A stretch of DNA of 46,360 bases, taken from positions 1-46,360 of the forward strand of contig CAMARC010000001.1 of the NCBI GenBank assembly GCA_945860405.1, read 5' to 3'. This stretch comes from Candidatus Kuenenia stuttgartensis. Its GTDB lineage: Bacteria > Planctomycetota > Planctomycetia > Pirellulales > UBA1268. Position 1 is the first letter of the stretch, and every line of letters starts with the position of its first letter. The notes under the pieces were generated by a model. That model worked only from the letters and a program-made list of their open reading frames with translations. It was not told where the DNA came from and did not search any database. Positions 27,701 through 36,997 of this stretch are shown piece after piece. The position numbers were made by a program, and so were the translations under genes.

Positions 27701-30700
27701 ACGGCTGCCCTGGCGCGTCGGCATCGCCGCGGCCACGATCTGCTCGAAGGGGAGATCGGCATGGTCGAGCGCGCGGAGGAAGATTCCCTGAACACGCTCC
27801 GCGAGCCCCGGCAGCGTGAGGGGGTCTGCTGACGCCCCCTCGTCGAAGCGCACGCGCACCGGGAGGACATTGATGAGGCAGCCGACTGCAGCGGTCGTTT
27901 CCGCCGCGCCGCGCGTGGCCACCGGCGTACCGATGACGAGATCGCGCTCGCCGGTGATCCGCTGCAGCCAGGCGTGGACGGAGGCCAGGAGAAGATTGAA
28001 CACCATCACGCCGGAACGCTCGGCCAAGCTGCGGAGCCTGTCGAGGGCTTCCCGCTCGACCGTGAACCGGCATTTCCTGCCTCGCGACGACTCGACGACG
28101 GCAGCCACCGATCTCCCGGGGAGCGGCGTCTCGGCAGGAGCGGCGGCGAGCTCCTCACGCCAGAATCGACGATCGCGTTCGATGGCGGCCAAATCCCGGG
28201 CCGACGTCACGACCGGCAGGCTCCGGTCATCGAAGGCGTCGCCGGCGGCGTACGCGGCCGTCAAATCCGCACGGACGATCCCGATCGACCACTCGTCGAT
28301 GATCGCATGATGAAACGTCAGCATCAGCGTCGGCTCGGCCCCGGCGAGGTCGATCCGCACCGCCCGTACGAGCGGCGCGATGGCCAGATCGAACGGAGTG
28401 GAGGCCTCGTGCTCGAGCGCTGCCTGTAGGCCCGATTCCTCCGCGATCGTGACGACGCGCCACGGCACGGCGACAGCAGCGGTCGGCAGGACCCGCTGCA
28501 CGAGGTCACCATCCACCTCCACAAGCGTCGTCCGCAGCGCCGGATGGCGGGCCACAACGGCAGCCAACGACCGCTCCATCCGCGGCCAGTCGATCGGCCC
28601 GTCGACGCGCCACGCGATCGGGACGTTGTAGGTGGCTGGATCGGGGAGCAGCGAATGGAGGATCCACATGCCCCGCTGCGCCGGAAGCGGCCGACAGTCG
28701 ATGACCTCAGCGCCGGCTGGAATCGTTGTCAGGGCCACGGCTGATTCGGGGAGCGCCGCCGGCGGTCGGCTGATCCGGGCGGCAAGCTCGGCGAGCTTCG
28801 GCGTCTCGAACACGGTCTTGACCGGTAGACGGACGTGGAACCTCCGCTCGATCGCCGCCACCAGGCGCATCGACAACAGCGAATGGCCGCCACGCGCGAA
28901 AAATCCGTCGTCGCGCCCCACCGTCGGGATGCCGAGCAGCTCGCACCAGATCGCCGCCAGGGCCTCTTCGGTCTCCCCGACAGGAGCGGACCGGGGCGAA
29001 GCCTCCACCGCTTCGATCGCGGCATCGGGCGAGGGGAGCGCGGCCCGATCGAGCTTGCCGTTGGCGTTCACCGGCAGGGCGTCGACGCGCACGATCCGCC
29101 ACGGCACCATCGCCTCCGGAAGCCGCTCCGCCAGGATCAATTTCAACGCCTCGTCGTTCGGGGCAGAGGGCTCGGCGATGAGGTAGGCGACGAGCCGCCG
29201 GTCGCCGGGGCCGAACTCACGGTCGATGACCACCCCCCGCGTCACCCCCTCGATCCGCTCCAGTTCGGCCTCGATCTCCCCGAGCTCGATACGGACGCCG
29301 CGGATCTTCACTTGCGCGTCGAGCCGGCCGAGGTATTCGATCTCGCCGTCATGACGCCACCGAGCCAGATCGCCGGTGCGGTACATCCGCTCCCCGGGCC
29401 GCTCGAAGAACGGGTCTGAACGAAACCGCTCGGCGGTCAAATCGGGGCGGCCTAGGTAACCCCGCGCCACCCCGACGCCGGCGAGCCACAGCTCTCCTTC
29501 GATTCCCACGCCCATTGGCCGCAGCGCCGCGTCGAGGACATACGTCCGCATGTTCGCGATCGGCCGACCGATCGGCACGGGACCGGGGCGATCGCTGAGC
29601 CGGCATTCGTAGAAGGTTGCTTCGACGGCAGCCTCCGTCGGGCCGTAGAGGTTATGGATCCTGGCGGGCAGCCGCTCCAGGCACAGCCGCGCCGCCCCCT
29701 CCGGTAAAGCCTCCCCACTGCAGAAGACGTGCCGAAGCGTTCGGCACGATCGCTCGAGCCCGGGCACGTCGAGGAACACTTCGAGCATCGAGGGTACGAA
29801 GTGGATCACGGTGATGCCGGTCGCCTCGACCACCTTGGCAATCGCAGAAGGTTCGCGGTGAAGCCCCGGCGGCAACATGACAAGTCGGGCGCCAACAAGG
29901 AGCGGCCAGAAAAACTCCCACACCGAGACATCGAACCCGTAAGGGGTCTTCTGGAGCACGCGATCATCGGCTTCGAGGGCGTGCTTCTGCTGGATCCACC
30001 GCAGCCGGTTGACGATCCCCGCGTGCGTGTTCATCACCCCCTTCGGGGCCCCGGTCGAGCCCGACGTGTAGATCACGTAGGCCAGATCATCCGCCGTGGC
30101 GATGTCGTCGAGTGGTCCGTCGTCGAAGGCGGCGAGTTCCTGCCGCTGGGCATCGACCTGAAACACCTCGCCGACTGCACTCCCGATGGGACCAGCCACC
30201 CGGTCACGAAAACGCTCCTGAACGAGGACCACCGGCGGCGAAGCGCTCGTGAGCATCGTCGAGAGTCTTGCCGGCGGCACCTCCGGGTCGAGCGGCAGAT
30301 ACGCGCCGCCGGCGGCGACGATTCCTAGCAGCGCCACCACCATCTCAACCGACCGCTCCATGCACACGGCCACCGGCACGTCGCGGCCGACGCCCCGTGA
30401 CCTCAGGAACCGGGCCAACCGGTTCACCCGCCCGGCAAGCTCGGCATAGGAGAGGATTTCGTTGCCACTCTCGAGCGCCACCGCCGCCGGCGTGCGGCAA
30501 ACCTGCGCCGAAAAGAGCTCTTGGAGCGTGGCGGGGGGCCCGAGGTCGGTCGCCGTGGCGTTGAAGTCGTGAAGAACCCGCCGCTGCTCGTCGCCAGCGA
30601 GCAGATCGATGTCTCTGATCGCCACGCCCGGATTGGCGGCCACCGCCCCGAGGAGCGAGATGAATCCAGCGACAAACCGCTCGACGTCGGCGCTGACGAG

Positions 30701-33700
30701 AACATCGGTCGAGTACTCCACCGTCCCCTCGATCCCATCGCGGTCCGCCACGAGGGAGAGCGTGAGGTCGAAACGGCTCGTGCCGGTGTCGACGTCGACT
30801 TTCTCCATCCGCGTTGGCCCCACGGTCCACGTCGGTTCGGTCGGCTCGAGGAACACGAACATCACGTTGGTCACCGGATGGCGGCGACCGGCTTGGCGGC
30901 CGGGAACAGAGGTGACGATCTCGTCGAAGGGCAACTGACCGTGGTCGAGGGCCGTGAGGAACGTGTCTCGCACCCGTCGGATCGCAGCGCCGGCCGGGCC
31001 CTGCGCGAGCGCGGGGTCACCTCCCCAGCGGACACGGATGGGAAGCGTGTTGAGGAAACAGCCCACCACTTCTTCGAGGCCTTCCACGCCACGCCCCGCG
31101 ACCGGCGTGGCGATGACCGTGTCCTCGCTGCCGGTGGCCCGATGAACCCACGCGTGAAACGCCGCGAACAGGGCAGAAAAAAGGGTGGCATCAGCCTCCC
31201 GGGCGATCCCCCGCCAGGCGTCGGCGACGGAAACGTCGAGTCGGAAGCGGCGTGTTTTACCCCGAGACGTTGCCGCTTCAGCGTGACCAATCACCCCTGG
31301 CCAACGGACGCCGTCGGGGATCCCCGTCAGCTCGGCAGTCCAAAAGTTCCTATCCGCGACCGGATCGAGTGGCCCGGCGATCGCCGGCACCGCCATCGGA
31401 GCGAAGGCGGTCGATGCGTTGAGAGTCCCTGACGATTCCAGCGACACGTAGGCCCGGCCGAGATCGGCCAGACAGACATCGATCGACCAATCGTCGATGA
31501 TCGCGTGGTGGAAATTGAGGAGGAGAACGCCGTGCGGGGCCGCCGCGGGAAACAGCGTCGCCCGCCACAGCGGCGCCGTCGCCAGGTCAAAGGGAATCCG
31601 GGCGTGGGCCCGCAGCGCCGCCTCAATCCCCGTCTCGTCAACAAAGGGCTCTTCCGACCAGGGCAGCGGCACCCTTTCCACCGGCGCGATCCGCTGCACC
31701 GGGCCATCATCTCCGGCCTCGAGACTGGTTCGCAGCGCTGGATGGCGCGCTAGCACCCGTTGGAGCGCTGCGCGAAAGCGATCCCAGTCGATCGGCCCAT
31801 CGGGGCGGAACCCGAACGGCTGGTTGTAGGTGGCCCGATCGGGAAGCAGCGTCTGGAGAAACCACATCGCTCGCTGCGCGGGAAGAGCCGGCACGGTCGT
31901 AGCGTCTCCGGATACGCCTGCGGTCAGCGACCGCGGAGCGTCAGGCAAGGGGACGGGGGCCGCGCCGAACCAATGGGCTGCGATCGCCGCTACGGTCGGG
32001 TGATCAAAGACATTACGAACCGATGCGTTGATCCCGAATCGCTTCCGAGCCCGCGCCACCAGACGCATCGCTGAGAGCGATGTGCCCCCGGCGTCGAAGA
32101 AGTCGTCGTGACGACGCGGCACGCCTCGGCCGAGCACGGCAAGCCAGAGCTCCGCGATCGCCTGCTCGGCACCATCCAACGGCCTCTCGTCGGTGACGTC
32201 AGCCCCGACCTCCGCTCGCTCCGGAAGCGGGCTTCGTTCGAGGGAATGTCGGTCGAGCTTGCCGTTGGGGGTGAGTGGCAAGCCTTCATGGACGCCGATC
32301 CGGAGGGGAATCATCGCCGCCGGGAGCCGGGCCGCCAGCCAGGCGACAAGTTCGGAGGGGACGATCGCTGTGCCAGGCACAGGCACGACGTGCGCGACGA
32401 GGAACAATGTGCCAGTATCGTCACGCCTGACAACAACGGCCGCCTCGGCGACGAGCGGATGCCCGGCGAGTACCGCCTCGATCTCGTCTGGCTCGACCCG
32501 ATGGCCGCGAATCTTCACCTGCCGATCGGCTCGGCCAAGGTATTCGAGACGGCCGTCTTCGCGCCACCGTCCGATGTCACCGCTGCGGTACATCCGGCGA
32601 CCGGGTTCGGCGGCAAACGGATCGTCGATGAAGCGTTCGGCCGTCAGATCGGCCCTCCCCACGTAACCGCGGGCCAGGCAATCACCGCCGATCCAGATCT
32701 CCCCGGCGACGCCCACTGGCACCGGCTCCATCGCCCCGTCGAGCACCCGGATGGAGGCGCCAGCAACGGGACGGCCGATCACCGGCAGATTGGGCCAATC
32801 GCTCGGGTCGCCGTCGATGATCTGCGAGGTGACGACATGACTCTCCGTCGGGCCGTACTGGTTCCAGAGGATGCAGGCGGGGAGACGCGAGAAGAACCCG
32901 CGGATGGCAGGGCCGATGCGGAGTTGCTCCCCGGCGACGATGACTTCGCGCAGTGACGATGGGAACCGTCCCGTCGCCAGCGCTCCCTCCGCGAGGTGCT
33001 CGAGGACCGCCACCGGCAGGAAGATCCGCTCCACCGCGGAATCGATCAGAAGTTCGAGGAGCAGTGCCGGATCGAGCCTCGCCTCTTCCGGCACGATCAC
33101 GAGTTCACCACCGGACAGCCACGTGGAAAACAGCTCCTGGAAGGAGACGTCGAAGCCGGCACTGGCAAACTGAAGCGTCCGTGCCCCGCGCCCGACGACG
33201 GACTCGCGACACTGCCAGGCAACCAGATTGGCGATGGGACCGACCGGCATCTCCACGCCCTTCGGGACGCCGGTCGACCCCGAGGTGAAAAGGATGTAGG
33301 CGAGGTGGTCGTTGCCCTGGTCGTGCGGCACCTCCCCCGCCGGCTCGGCGGTGACTTCATCTGCCAGAACACCGGAGTCGATCCGCACGGTGCGAGGTCT
33401 GGCCCCCTCGGGCGGAATCGAGTTGCAGAGCGTCTCGACGAGCGCGGCGGTCCGGCTGCCGGACACGATGAACGAACAGCCGGCAATTGCCACCATCGAT
33501 GCGAGTCGTTCCGTGGGCAGCGTCGGATCGAGCGGCACGCAGCAGGCCTTCGTCATGAGCACGCCAAGGATCGCGGCCTGGAGTTCGGGCGAGCGCGGCA
33601 GGCAGATCCCGACAGGCATGCCTTTGGCCGCGCCCGCGTGGCGAAGCCGCGTCGCAATCTGCTCGCCATGCGCGTGCAATTCACGGTAGGTCCAACGCTC

Positions 33701-36700
33701 CGCCCACCATGTCACGGCGATGGCATCGGGGGTCGCCTCCACCTGATCACGGAACGGCTCGAGCAGGCCACCAGACGGGGTTGAGGACTCATCACTGCCG
33801 GCAAGGACCTGGAGCATCTGCTGTCGGCCGGCTGCATCGAGGAGCGACGCCCGCGCGACAGGTGCCGTGGGTGCCGAGAGAACCGAGCGGAGGAAGATGG
33901 AAAACGACGCCGCAAAACCGGCGATCGTCTCGGGATCGAACCGCCTTCGGTCGTACTCGAACGCCCCCTGCAGGACCCTCCCGTCCCCCTCCAGGAAGAG
34001 CGTCAGATCGAACTTCGCCGTCCCCGTTTCGACCAGGATCGGCGCGCAGGAAACGCCATCGAGCAGCGCCGATGCCAGCCCCTTGTCGGTGTGGACAAAG
34101 AGCGTCGTCACGATCGGCGACCTTTCGCCGGCCCGAGCATGGGCCGCTGCGGCCACGATCTCGTCGAACGGCAGATCCCGATGCGAGACGGTGGCAAGGA
34201 ACGTTTTCGTTACCTCCCCGATGAGGTTCGTGAACGTCCTCCGGGCAGCTTCGTCGTCGTCCCAGTGGACGCGGACGGGGAGGGTGTTGAGGAAGCAATT
34301 GACCGACTCTTGAACCTCGGGCGTGCTCCGCAACGACACCGGCGTACCGACAACGATGTCATCGGCACCGGATACGCGATGGAGCCAGCCGTGGAATGCC
34401 GCCAGCAGGATCTGAAAGAGCGTCGCGCCGGTCTCGCGGGAGATTCCATGGAGCGCCGCCGTGAGATCGCTATCGATCAAGAACCGATGAATTCCCCCGG
34501 TCGTCCTGTCCTCCCAGGGAGATGAAAGCCCCGGCCAAGGAAGTTCGCCGGTGGCGTCAGCCAACGTCTTCCGCCAAAACCGAGCGCAGCGATCCCGATC
34601 GGCCGGACCGAGGCCCGGGATACCGAGGTGAGATTCGGCTGCGGCTGGCCGTGCCCCCTCCGATTTCTCTTCCGCCGGTCTGGCAAACTCGCGGAGGAGG
34701 AGTTCGATCGACCAGTCATCGATGATCGCGTGGTGGAACGTGAGGAGCAGGATGCCGTGTGGGGCCGCCTGCGGAAACAGCGTCGCCCGCCACAGCGGCG
34801 CTGTCGCCAGCTCGAAGGGAATCCGGGCGTGGGCCCGCAGCGCCGCCTCAATCCCCGTCTCGTCAACTCCAGGCTCCACCGACCATGGAACCGACACCCG
34901 GTCGATGGACAACACCCTCTGCACCGGGCCACCGTCGTCAGCCTCGAACGCCGATCGCAAGGCCGGATGCCGCACCATCGTCCGGAAAAGCGTCTCCTGA
35001 AATCGCTCCCAGTCGATCGGTCCCTCGGGACGAAACGCAAACGGCTCGTTGTTGGTGGCCCGATCGGGAAGAAGGGCATCGAGGAGCCACATCCCTCGTT
35101 GCGCCGGCAGCGCCGGAAAGATCCGTTCTTCCGTGGGCGGAATCGTGGGGGCCGCTGTGAAGCCTCCGGCGGCCATGCTCCCAGTTCCGTCGGCCACCGC
35201 CGCATCAATCACCGCCGCCAAGCGCGAGACGGTTCTGGTCTCGAAGACCGTGGTAACCGGCAGCCGAACGCGAAACTCGCGCTCGATCGCCGCCATGAGG
35301 CGCATCGCCAGCAGCGAGTGGCCGCCGAGGGTGAAGAAGTCGTCGTCGCGACCGAGGGCCTGACGACGGAGGAGGGCGTGCCACAACGAGGCGACGCGCG
35401 ACTCGGTTCCAGGGCGCGGTCGTTCAACTCTGTCATCCGCAAGAAGGGCGAGAAGGGCCTTGCGATCGACCTTGCCGTTGGTGTTGACCGGCAGGGCGAC
35501 GATCGGCACCAGGCGTGCCGGCACGAACGCCGGCGGGAGGCGGCCCTCGAGCCATGCGTGGAGTCCGTCGATCGGCTGGAGACTGCCATCCCGGCGGGCG
35601 ACGAAAGCCGCCAACGCCGTCTCACCATCATGCCTGAAGGGGAGCACGGCAACGGCTTGCACGGCGGAGTGGCTGAGGAGCGTGTTCTCGATTTCCCCCG
35701 GCTCGACACGGTAGCCGCGGATCTTGACCTGCTGATCCATCCGCTCGACGAAGAGGATCGTGCCGTCGGGGAGGCGCCGGCAACGGTCACCGGATCGGTA
35801 CATCCCTTTCCCCTCACCGTCGGGGCGGGGGTCGGCCACAAACGTGCCCTCGCTGCCGGAGAGATAGCCCTTGGCAACCCCCGAACCACCGATCCAGAGC
35901 TCTCCAGGCTCGCCATCGGAGACGATCTGCCCGTCGGCCGACATGATGAGGCAGGAGGTGTGCGCGAGTGGCCGGCCGATCGGCACCGATCCATGGGGAA
36001 AGGTATCAGCCGGATCGATGACCTGCGTGCAAGCGAAGGTGGTGGTCTCGGTCGGTCCGTAGCCATTCGTAAGACGGATGCCGGGGAGCGCCTCGAACGC
36101 CCGGCGCACATGCGCGACCGAAAGTACATCTCCGCCTGTCAGCACGTGCCGGACCGGGGAGAGGGTCTCCGGGGCTAGATCGATGACACGGTTGAACAGC
36201 CCAGCGGTGAGCCAAAGACAGGTGATCCGCCCTGCCTGCACGACCTCACCGAACCGATGCAGTTCGAAGTACCGGTCGGGGTAGATCACCACCGTGCCGC
36301 CATGGAGCAATGGCCCCCACAGCTCGAACGTCGACGCGTCGAAGGCCGTCGGCGCCGCCATCAAGGTCCGCAGCTCAGGGCCAAAGTCGGCGTAGGTCTG
36401 CCCGATGACCAGCCCAACCACCGCGCGGTGGGGCACCACCACCCCCTTCGGAGTGCCCGTCGAGCCCGACGTGAACATCACATACGCCGGATCCTCCGGG
36501 TCGTAGGCTGGCTCCTCGCCATCCTCGATCCTGTCGAGCCCGGAATCCGTGAGGCACCGGCCGAGTGGGAGGCACGCGAGCCCAGGCCGCGCCCGGAGCA
36601 GGGGAGAGCAGGCCTCGTCCTCTTGCGCGGTCACGATCGCGGTCACCCCCGCAGCGTCAACCATCGATGCGAGGCGCTCGGCCGGATCATCGATTGGCAG

Positions 36701-36997
36701 CGGTGCATAGGCGGCGCCGCAGCGGAGCACGGCGAGGACCGCGACGACGAACTCGACCGATCGCCCGATCCCGATGCCAACGATCGCCCCGGGGCTGACG
36801 CCAGCCCTGCGCAGATCAGCCGCGAAACAGCGACTCGCGGCGGCGATCTCGGCGTAGGTCCACCGTTGCTCGCCGCACTCAATCGCGACCGCATCGGGGC
36901 GGGCGGCCGCCCGCTGATCGAACACCCGATGCACGCACGACCTCCACGCAACGCCGGGCGGTGTGGCAGATGAGTGATCAGCTGGCGGGTTTGACAT
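24752..36997 (-). CDS. non-ribosomal peptide synthetase, 4 modules: A-T-C-A-T-C-A-T-C-A-T-TE (4081 aa)
   Basis: Four adenylation domains, each with core motifs SGSTGxPKGV, NxYGPTE, YR(S/T)GD, QVKIRGxRIExxEIE and NGK(V/L/I)DR. Four carrier domains have phosphopantetheine Ser at aa 561, 1640, 2706 and 3771 (GGHSL, GGTSL, GGHSL, GGQSI). Three condensation domains carry HHAIID(D/E)WS at aa 755, 1830 and 2896. The terminal thioesterase has GFSLGG (Ser 3900) and GEHHE. There is no E, MT, Cy or reductase domain. Confidence 0.95.
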   Translation of the reverse strand: MSNPPADHSSATPPGVAWRSCVHRVFDQRAAARPDAVAIECGEQRWTYAEIAAASRCFAADLRRAGVSPGAIVGIGIGRSVEFVVAVLAVLRCGAAYAPLPIDDPAERLASMVDAAGVTAIVTAQEDEACSPLLRARPGLACLPLGRCLTDSGLDRIEDGEEPAYDPEDPAYVMFTSGSTGTPKGVVVPHRAVVGLVIGQTYADFGPELRTLMAAPTAFDASTFELWGPLLHGGTVVIYPDRYFELHRFGEVVQAGRITCLWLTAGLFNRVIDLAPETLSPVRHVLTGGDVLSVAHVRRAFEALPGIRLTNGYGPTETTTFACTQVIDPADTFPHGSVPIGRPLAHTSCLIMSADGQIVSDGEPGELWIGGSGVAKGYLSGSEGTFVADPRPDGEGKGMYRSGDRCRRLPDGTILFVERMDQQVKIRGYRVEPGEIENTLLSHSAVQAVAVLPFRHDGETALAAFVARRDGSLQPIDGLHAWLEGRLPPAFVPARLVPIVALPVNTNGKVDRKALLALLADDRVERPRPGTESRVASLWHALLRRQALGRDDDFFTLGGHSLLAMRLMAAIEREFRVRLPVTTVFETRTVSRLAAVIDAAVADGTGSMAAGGFTAAPTIPPTEERIFPALPAQRGMWLLDALLPDRATNNEPFAFRPEGPIDWERFQETLFRTMVRHPALRSAFEADDGGPVQRVLSIDRVSVPWSVEPGVDETGIEAALRAHARIPFELATAPLWRATLFPQAAPHGILLLTFHHAIIDDWSIELLLREFARPAEEKSEGARPAAAESHLGIPGLGPADRDRCARFWRKTLADATGELPWPGLSSPWEDRTTGGIHRFLIDSDLTAALHGISRETGATLFQILLAAFHGWLHRVSGADDIVVGTPVSLRSTPEVQESVNCFLNTLPVRVHWDDDEAARRTFTNLIGEVTKTFLATVSHRDLPFDEIVAAAAHARAGERSPIVTTLFVHTDKGLASALLDGVSCAPILVETGTAKFDLTLFLEGDGRVLQGAFEYDRRRFDPETIAGFAASFSIFLRSVLSAPTAPVARASLLDAAGRQQMLQVLAGSDESSTPSGGLLEPFRDQVEATPDAIAVTWWAERWTYRELHAHGEQIATRLRHAGAAKGMPVGICLPRSPELQAAILGVLMTKACCVPLDPTLPTERLASMVAIAGCSFIVSGSRTAALVETLCNSIPPEGARPRTVRIDSGVLADEVTAEPAGEVPHDQGNDHLAYILFTSGSTGVPKGVEMPVGPIANLVAWQCRESVVGRGARTLQFASAGFDVSFQELFSTWLSGGELVIVPEEARLDPALLLELLIDSAVERIFLPVAVLEHLAEGALATGRFPSSLREVIVAGEQLRIGPAIRGFFSRLPACILWNQYGPTESHVVTSQIIDGDPSDWPNLPVIGRPVAGASIRVLDGAMEPVPVGVAGEIWIGGDCLARGYVGRADLTAERFIDDPFAAEPGRRMYRSGDIGRWREDGRLEYLGRADRQVKIRGHRVEPDEIEAVLAGHPLVAEAAVVVRRDDTGTLFLVAHVVPVPGTAIVPSELVAWLAARLPAAMIPLRIGVHEGLPLTPNGKLDRHSLERSPLPERAEVGADVTDERPLDGAEQAIAELWLAVLGRGVPRRHDDFFDAGGTSLSAMRLVARARKRFGINASVRNVFDHPTVAAIAAHWFGAAPVPLPDAPRSLTAGVSGDATTVPALPAQRAMWFLQTLLPDRATYNQPFGFRPDGPIDWDRFRAALQRVLARHPALRTSLEAGDDGPVQRIAPVERVPLPWSEEPFVDETGIEAALRAHARIPFDLATAPLWRATLFPAAAPHGVLLLNFHHAIIDDWSIDVCLADLGRAYVSLESSGTLNASTAFAPMAVPAIAGPLDPVADRNFWTAELTGIPDGVRWPGVIGHAEAATSRGKTRRFRLDVSVADAWRGIAREADATLFSALFAAFHAWVHRATGSEDTVIATPVAGRGVEGLEEVVGCFLNTLPIRVRWGGDPALAQGPAGAAIRRVRDTFLTALDHGQLPFDEIVTSVPGRQAGRRHPVTNVMFVFLEPTEPTWTVGPTRMEKVDVDTGTSRFDLTLSLVADRDGIEGTVEYSTDVLVSADVERFVAGFISLLGAVAANPGVAIRDIDLLAGDEQRRVLHDFNATATDLGPPATLQELFSAQVCRTPAAVALESGNEILSYAELAGRVNRLARFLRSRGVGRDVPVAVCMERSVEMVVALLGIVAAGGAYLPLDPEVPPARLSTMLTSASPPVVLVQERFRDRVAGPIGSAVGEVFQVDAQRQELAAFDDGPLDDIATADDLAYVIYTSGSTGAPKGVMNTHAGIVNRLRWIQQKHALEADDRVLQKTPYGFDVSVWEFFWPLLVGARLVMLPPGLHREPSAIAKVVEATGITVIHFVPSMLEVFLDVPGLERSCRTLRHVFCSGEALPEGAARLCLERLPARIHNLYGPTEAAVEATFYECRLSDRPGPVPIGRPIANMRTYVLDAALRPMGVGIEGELWLAGVGVARGYLGRPDLTAERFRSDPFFERPGERMYRTGDLARWRHDGEIEYLGRLDAQVKIRGVRIELGEIEAELERIEGVTRGVVIDREFGPGDRRLVAYLIAEPSAPNDEALKLILAERLPEAMVPWRIVRVDALPVNANGKLDRAALPSPDAAIEAVEASPRSAPVGETEEALAAIWCELLGIPTVGRDDGFFARGGHSLLSMRLVAAIERRFHVRLPVKTVFETPKLAELAARISRPPAALPESAVALTTIPAGAEVIDCRPLPAQRGMWILHSLLPDPATYNVPIAWRVDGPIDWPRMERSLAAVVARHPALRTTLVEVDGDLVQRVLPTAAVAVPWRVVTIAEESGLQAALEHEASTPFDLAIAPLVRAVRIDLAGAEPTLMLTFHHAIIDEWSIGIVRADLTAAYAAGDAFDDRSLPVVTSARDLAAIERDRRFWREELAAAPAETPLPGRSVAAVVESSRGRKCRFTVEREALDRLRSLAERSGVMVFNLLLASVHAWLQRITGERDLVIGTPVATRGAAETTAAVGCLINVLPVRVRFDEGASADPLTLPGLAERVQGIFLRALDHADLPFEQIVAAAMPTRQGSRQPLVNVLLTVVETGDRAWTIGAATLRPEPIDAGLARFDLSLTLEIGPDGLEGALEFPPDRYDADVVAQFAARYAAFLGEAAARPTLPIHRMAMLPDADRRRVIEEFNETDIDLGPATTLHHLVLEQTARTPSACAVREGEAQVTYEALQQRSARLARRLRGLGIGRGDRVGIALPRSIDATVAMLAVLRSGAAWVPLDRDAPPARLAFIVDDAQLSAIIDSHHAAGGWPEGMAVIDLEAADLGDRVEDDLPDVEPGAAAYVMYTSGSTGQPKGVLIPHAAVVNYLRGKQRRFPLDAADVCLHATRTTFDISVYEVFGPLLAGAAVVILPPGRTDPVRIAELVRSATVTVAQFVPSLLALLVDDESFTACPTLRRVFCGGEAMPSGLMERFLDRSDAELVNVYGPTEATVWATAWVCRRSERAERPPIGRPLDNVRCYVLDDGLRPVPVGTVGELFIGGAQLAIGYHHRPDLTAARFLPDPFLPGPGERMYRTGDVCRWRPDGLLEFVARNDTQVKIRGHRIEPAEIEACLAGHPQIGAVAVVAITPVMAITPVMADGTSSLVAGVVPRESGLDIDTLRRWTAERLPEVMVPCRFVCLDALPVNANGKIDRRALASQIAESAVALPVPPPQATGSLGVLPVFLSQVRSTWQRVFGRVDFGDQDHFFHDLGGQSIMAARLVADLSAVLGRRVPLAAVFEAPTVASMAALLRDDGWTPRFRSIVPLQPLGVGPPLFLFHGVGGGVTETLELARAFAPDVPVYGLQAIDRDGGEMQTSLEAFAELYAAEIVAFQPRGPYFLGGFSLGGWFAYETAQRLRRGGHEVALLAQFDTHINCLLPDEVMAAADRALGRQYVWKHLRRLASQPSQVWRYLRVLPARFKLARQWRAVDPIRGDSHGALVARHRALPYGGQVDYFQAADSLPAVLGVWKRWCAGGLTVHQIPGEHHEVIFGANAATIANIVRGIRGDRTPQAGSPAEPAERRPV
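24818..25525 (-). other. NRPS terminal type I thioesterase domain, boundaries approximate
   Basis: LFLFHGVGGG, GGFSLGGWFAYE (Ser3900 codon at 25298-25300) and a C-terminal IPGEHHEVIF His motif. Confidence 0.8.
25583..28690 (-). other. NRPS module 4 (C3-A4-T4), boundaries approximate
   Basis: C3 spans about aa 2770-3200, A4 about 3215-3712 and T4 about 3735-3805 (Ser3771 codon at 25685-25687). The hand-extracted code is DIYQFGVVWK. Confidence 0.8.
26039..26074. repeat. perfect 18-bp tandem duplication inside NRPS A4
   Basis: CATGACAGGCGTGATCGC occurs at 26039-26056 and again at 26057-26074. On the minus strand it encodes AITPVM AITPVM (aa ~3642-3654), between the A8 (QVKIRGHRIEPAEIE) and A10 (NGKIDR) motifs. 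Confidence 0.95.
28763..31900 (-). other. NRPS module 3 (C2-A3-T3), boundaries approximate
   Basis: C2 spans about aa 1700-2135, A3 about 2155-2655 and T3 about 2675-2745 (Ser2706 codon at 28880-28882). The hand-extracted code is DVWHFSLVEK. Confidence 0.8.
31973..35125 (-). other. NRPS module 2 (C1-A2-T2), boundaries approximate
   Basis: C1 spans about aa 625-1060, A2 about 1075-1585 and T2 about 1605-1675 (Ser1640 codon at 32078-32080). The hand-extracted code is DVQFIAQVVK. Confidence 0.8.
35198..36997 (-). other. NRPS module 1 (A1-T1), boundaries approximate
   Basis: A1 spans about aa 20-515 and T1 about aa 530-600 (Ser561 codon at 35315-35317). There is no starter C domain. The hand-extracted specificity code is DAFWLGGTFK. 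Confidence 0.8.
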
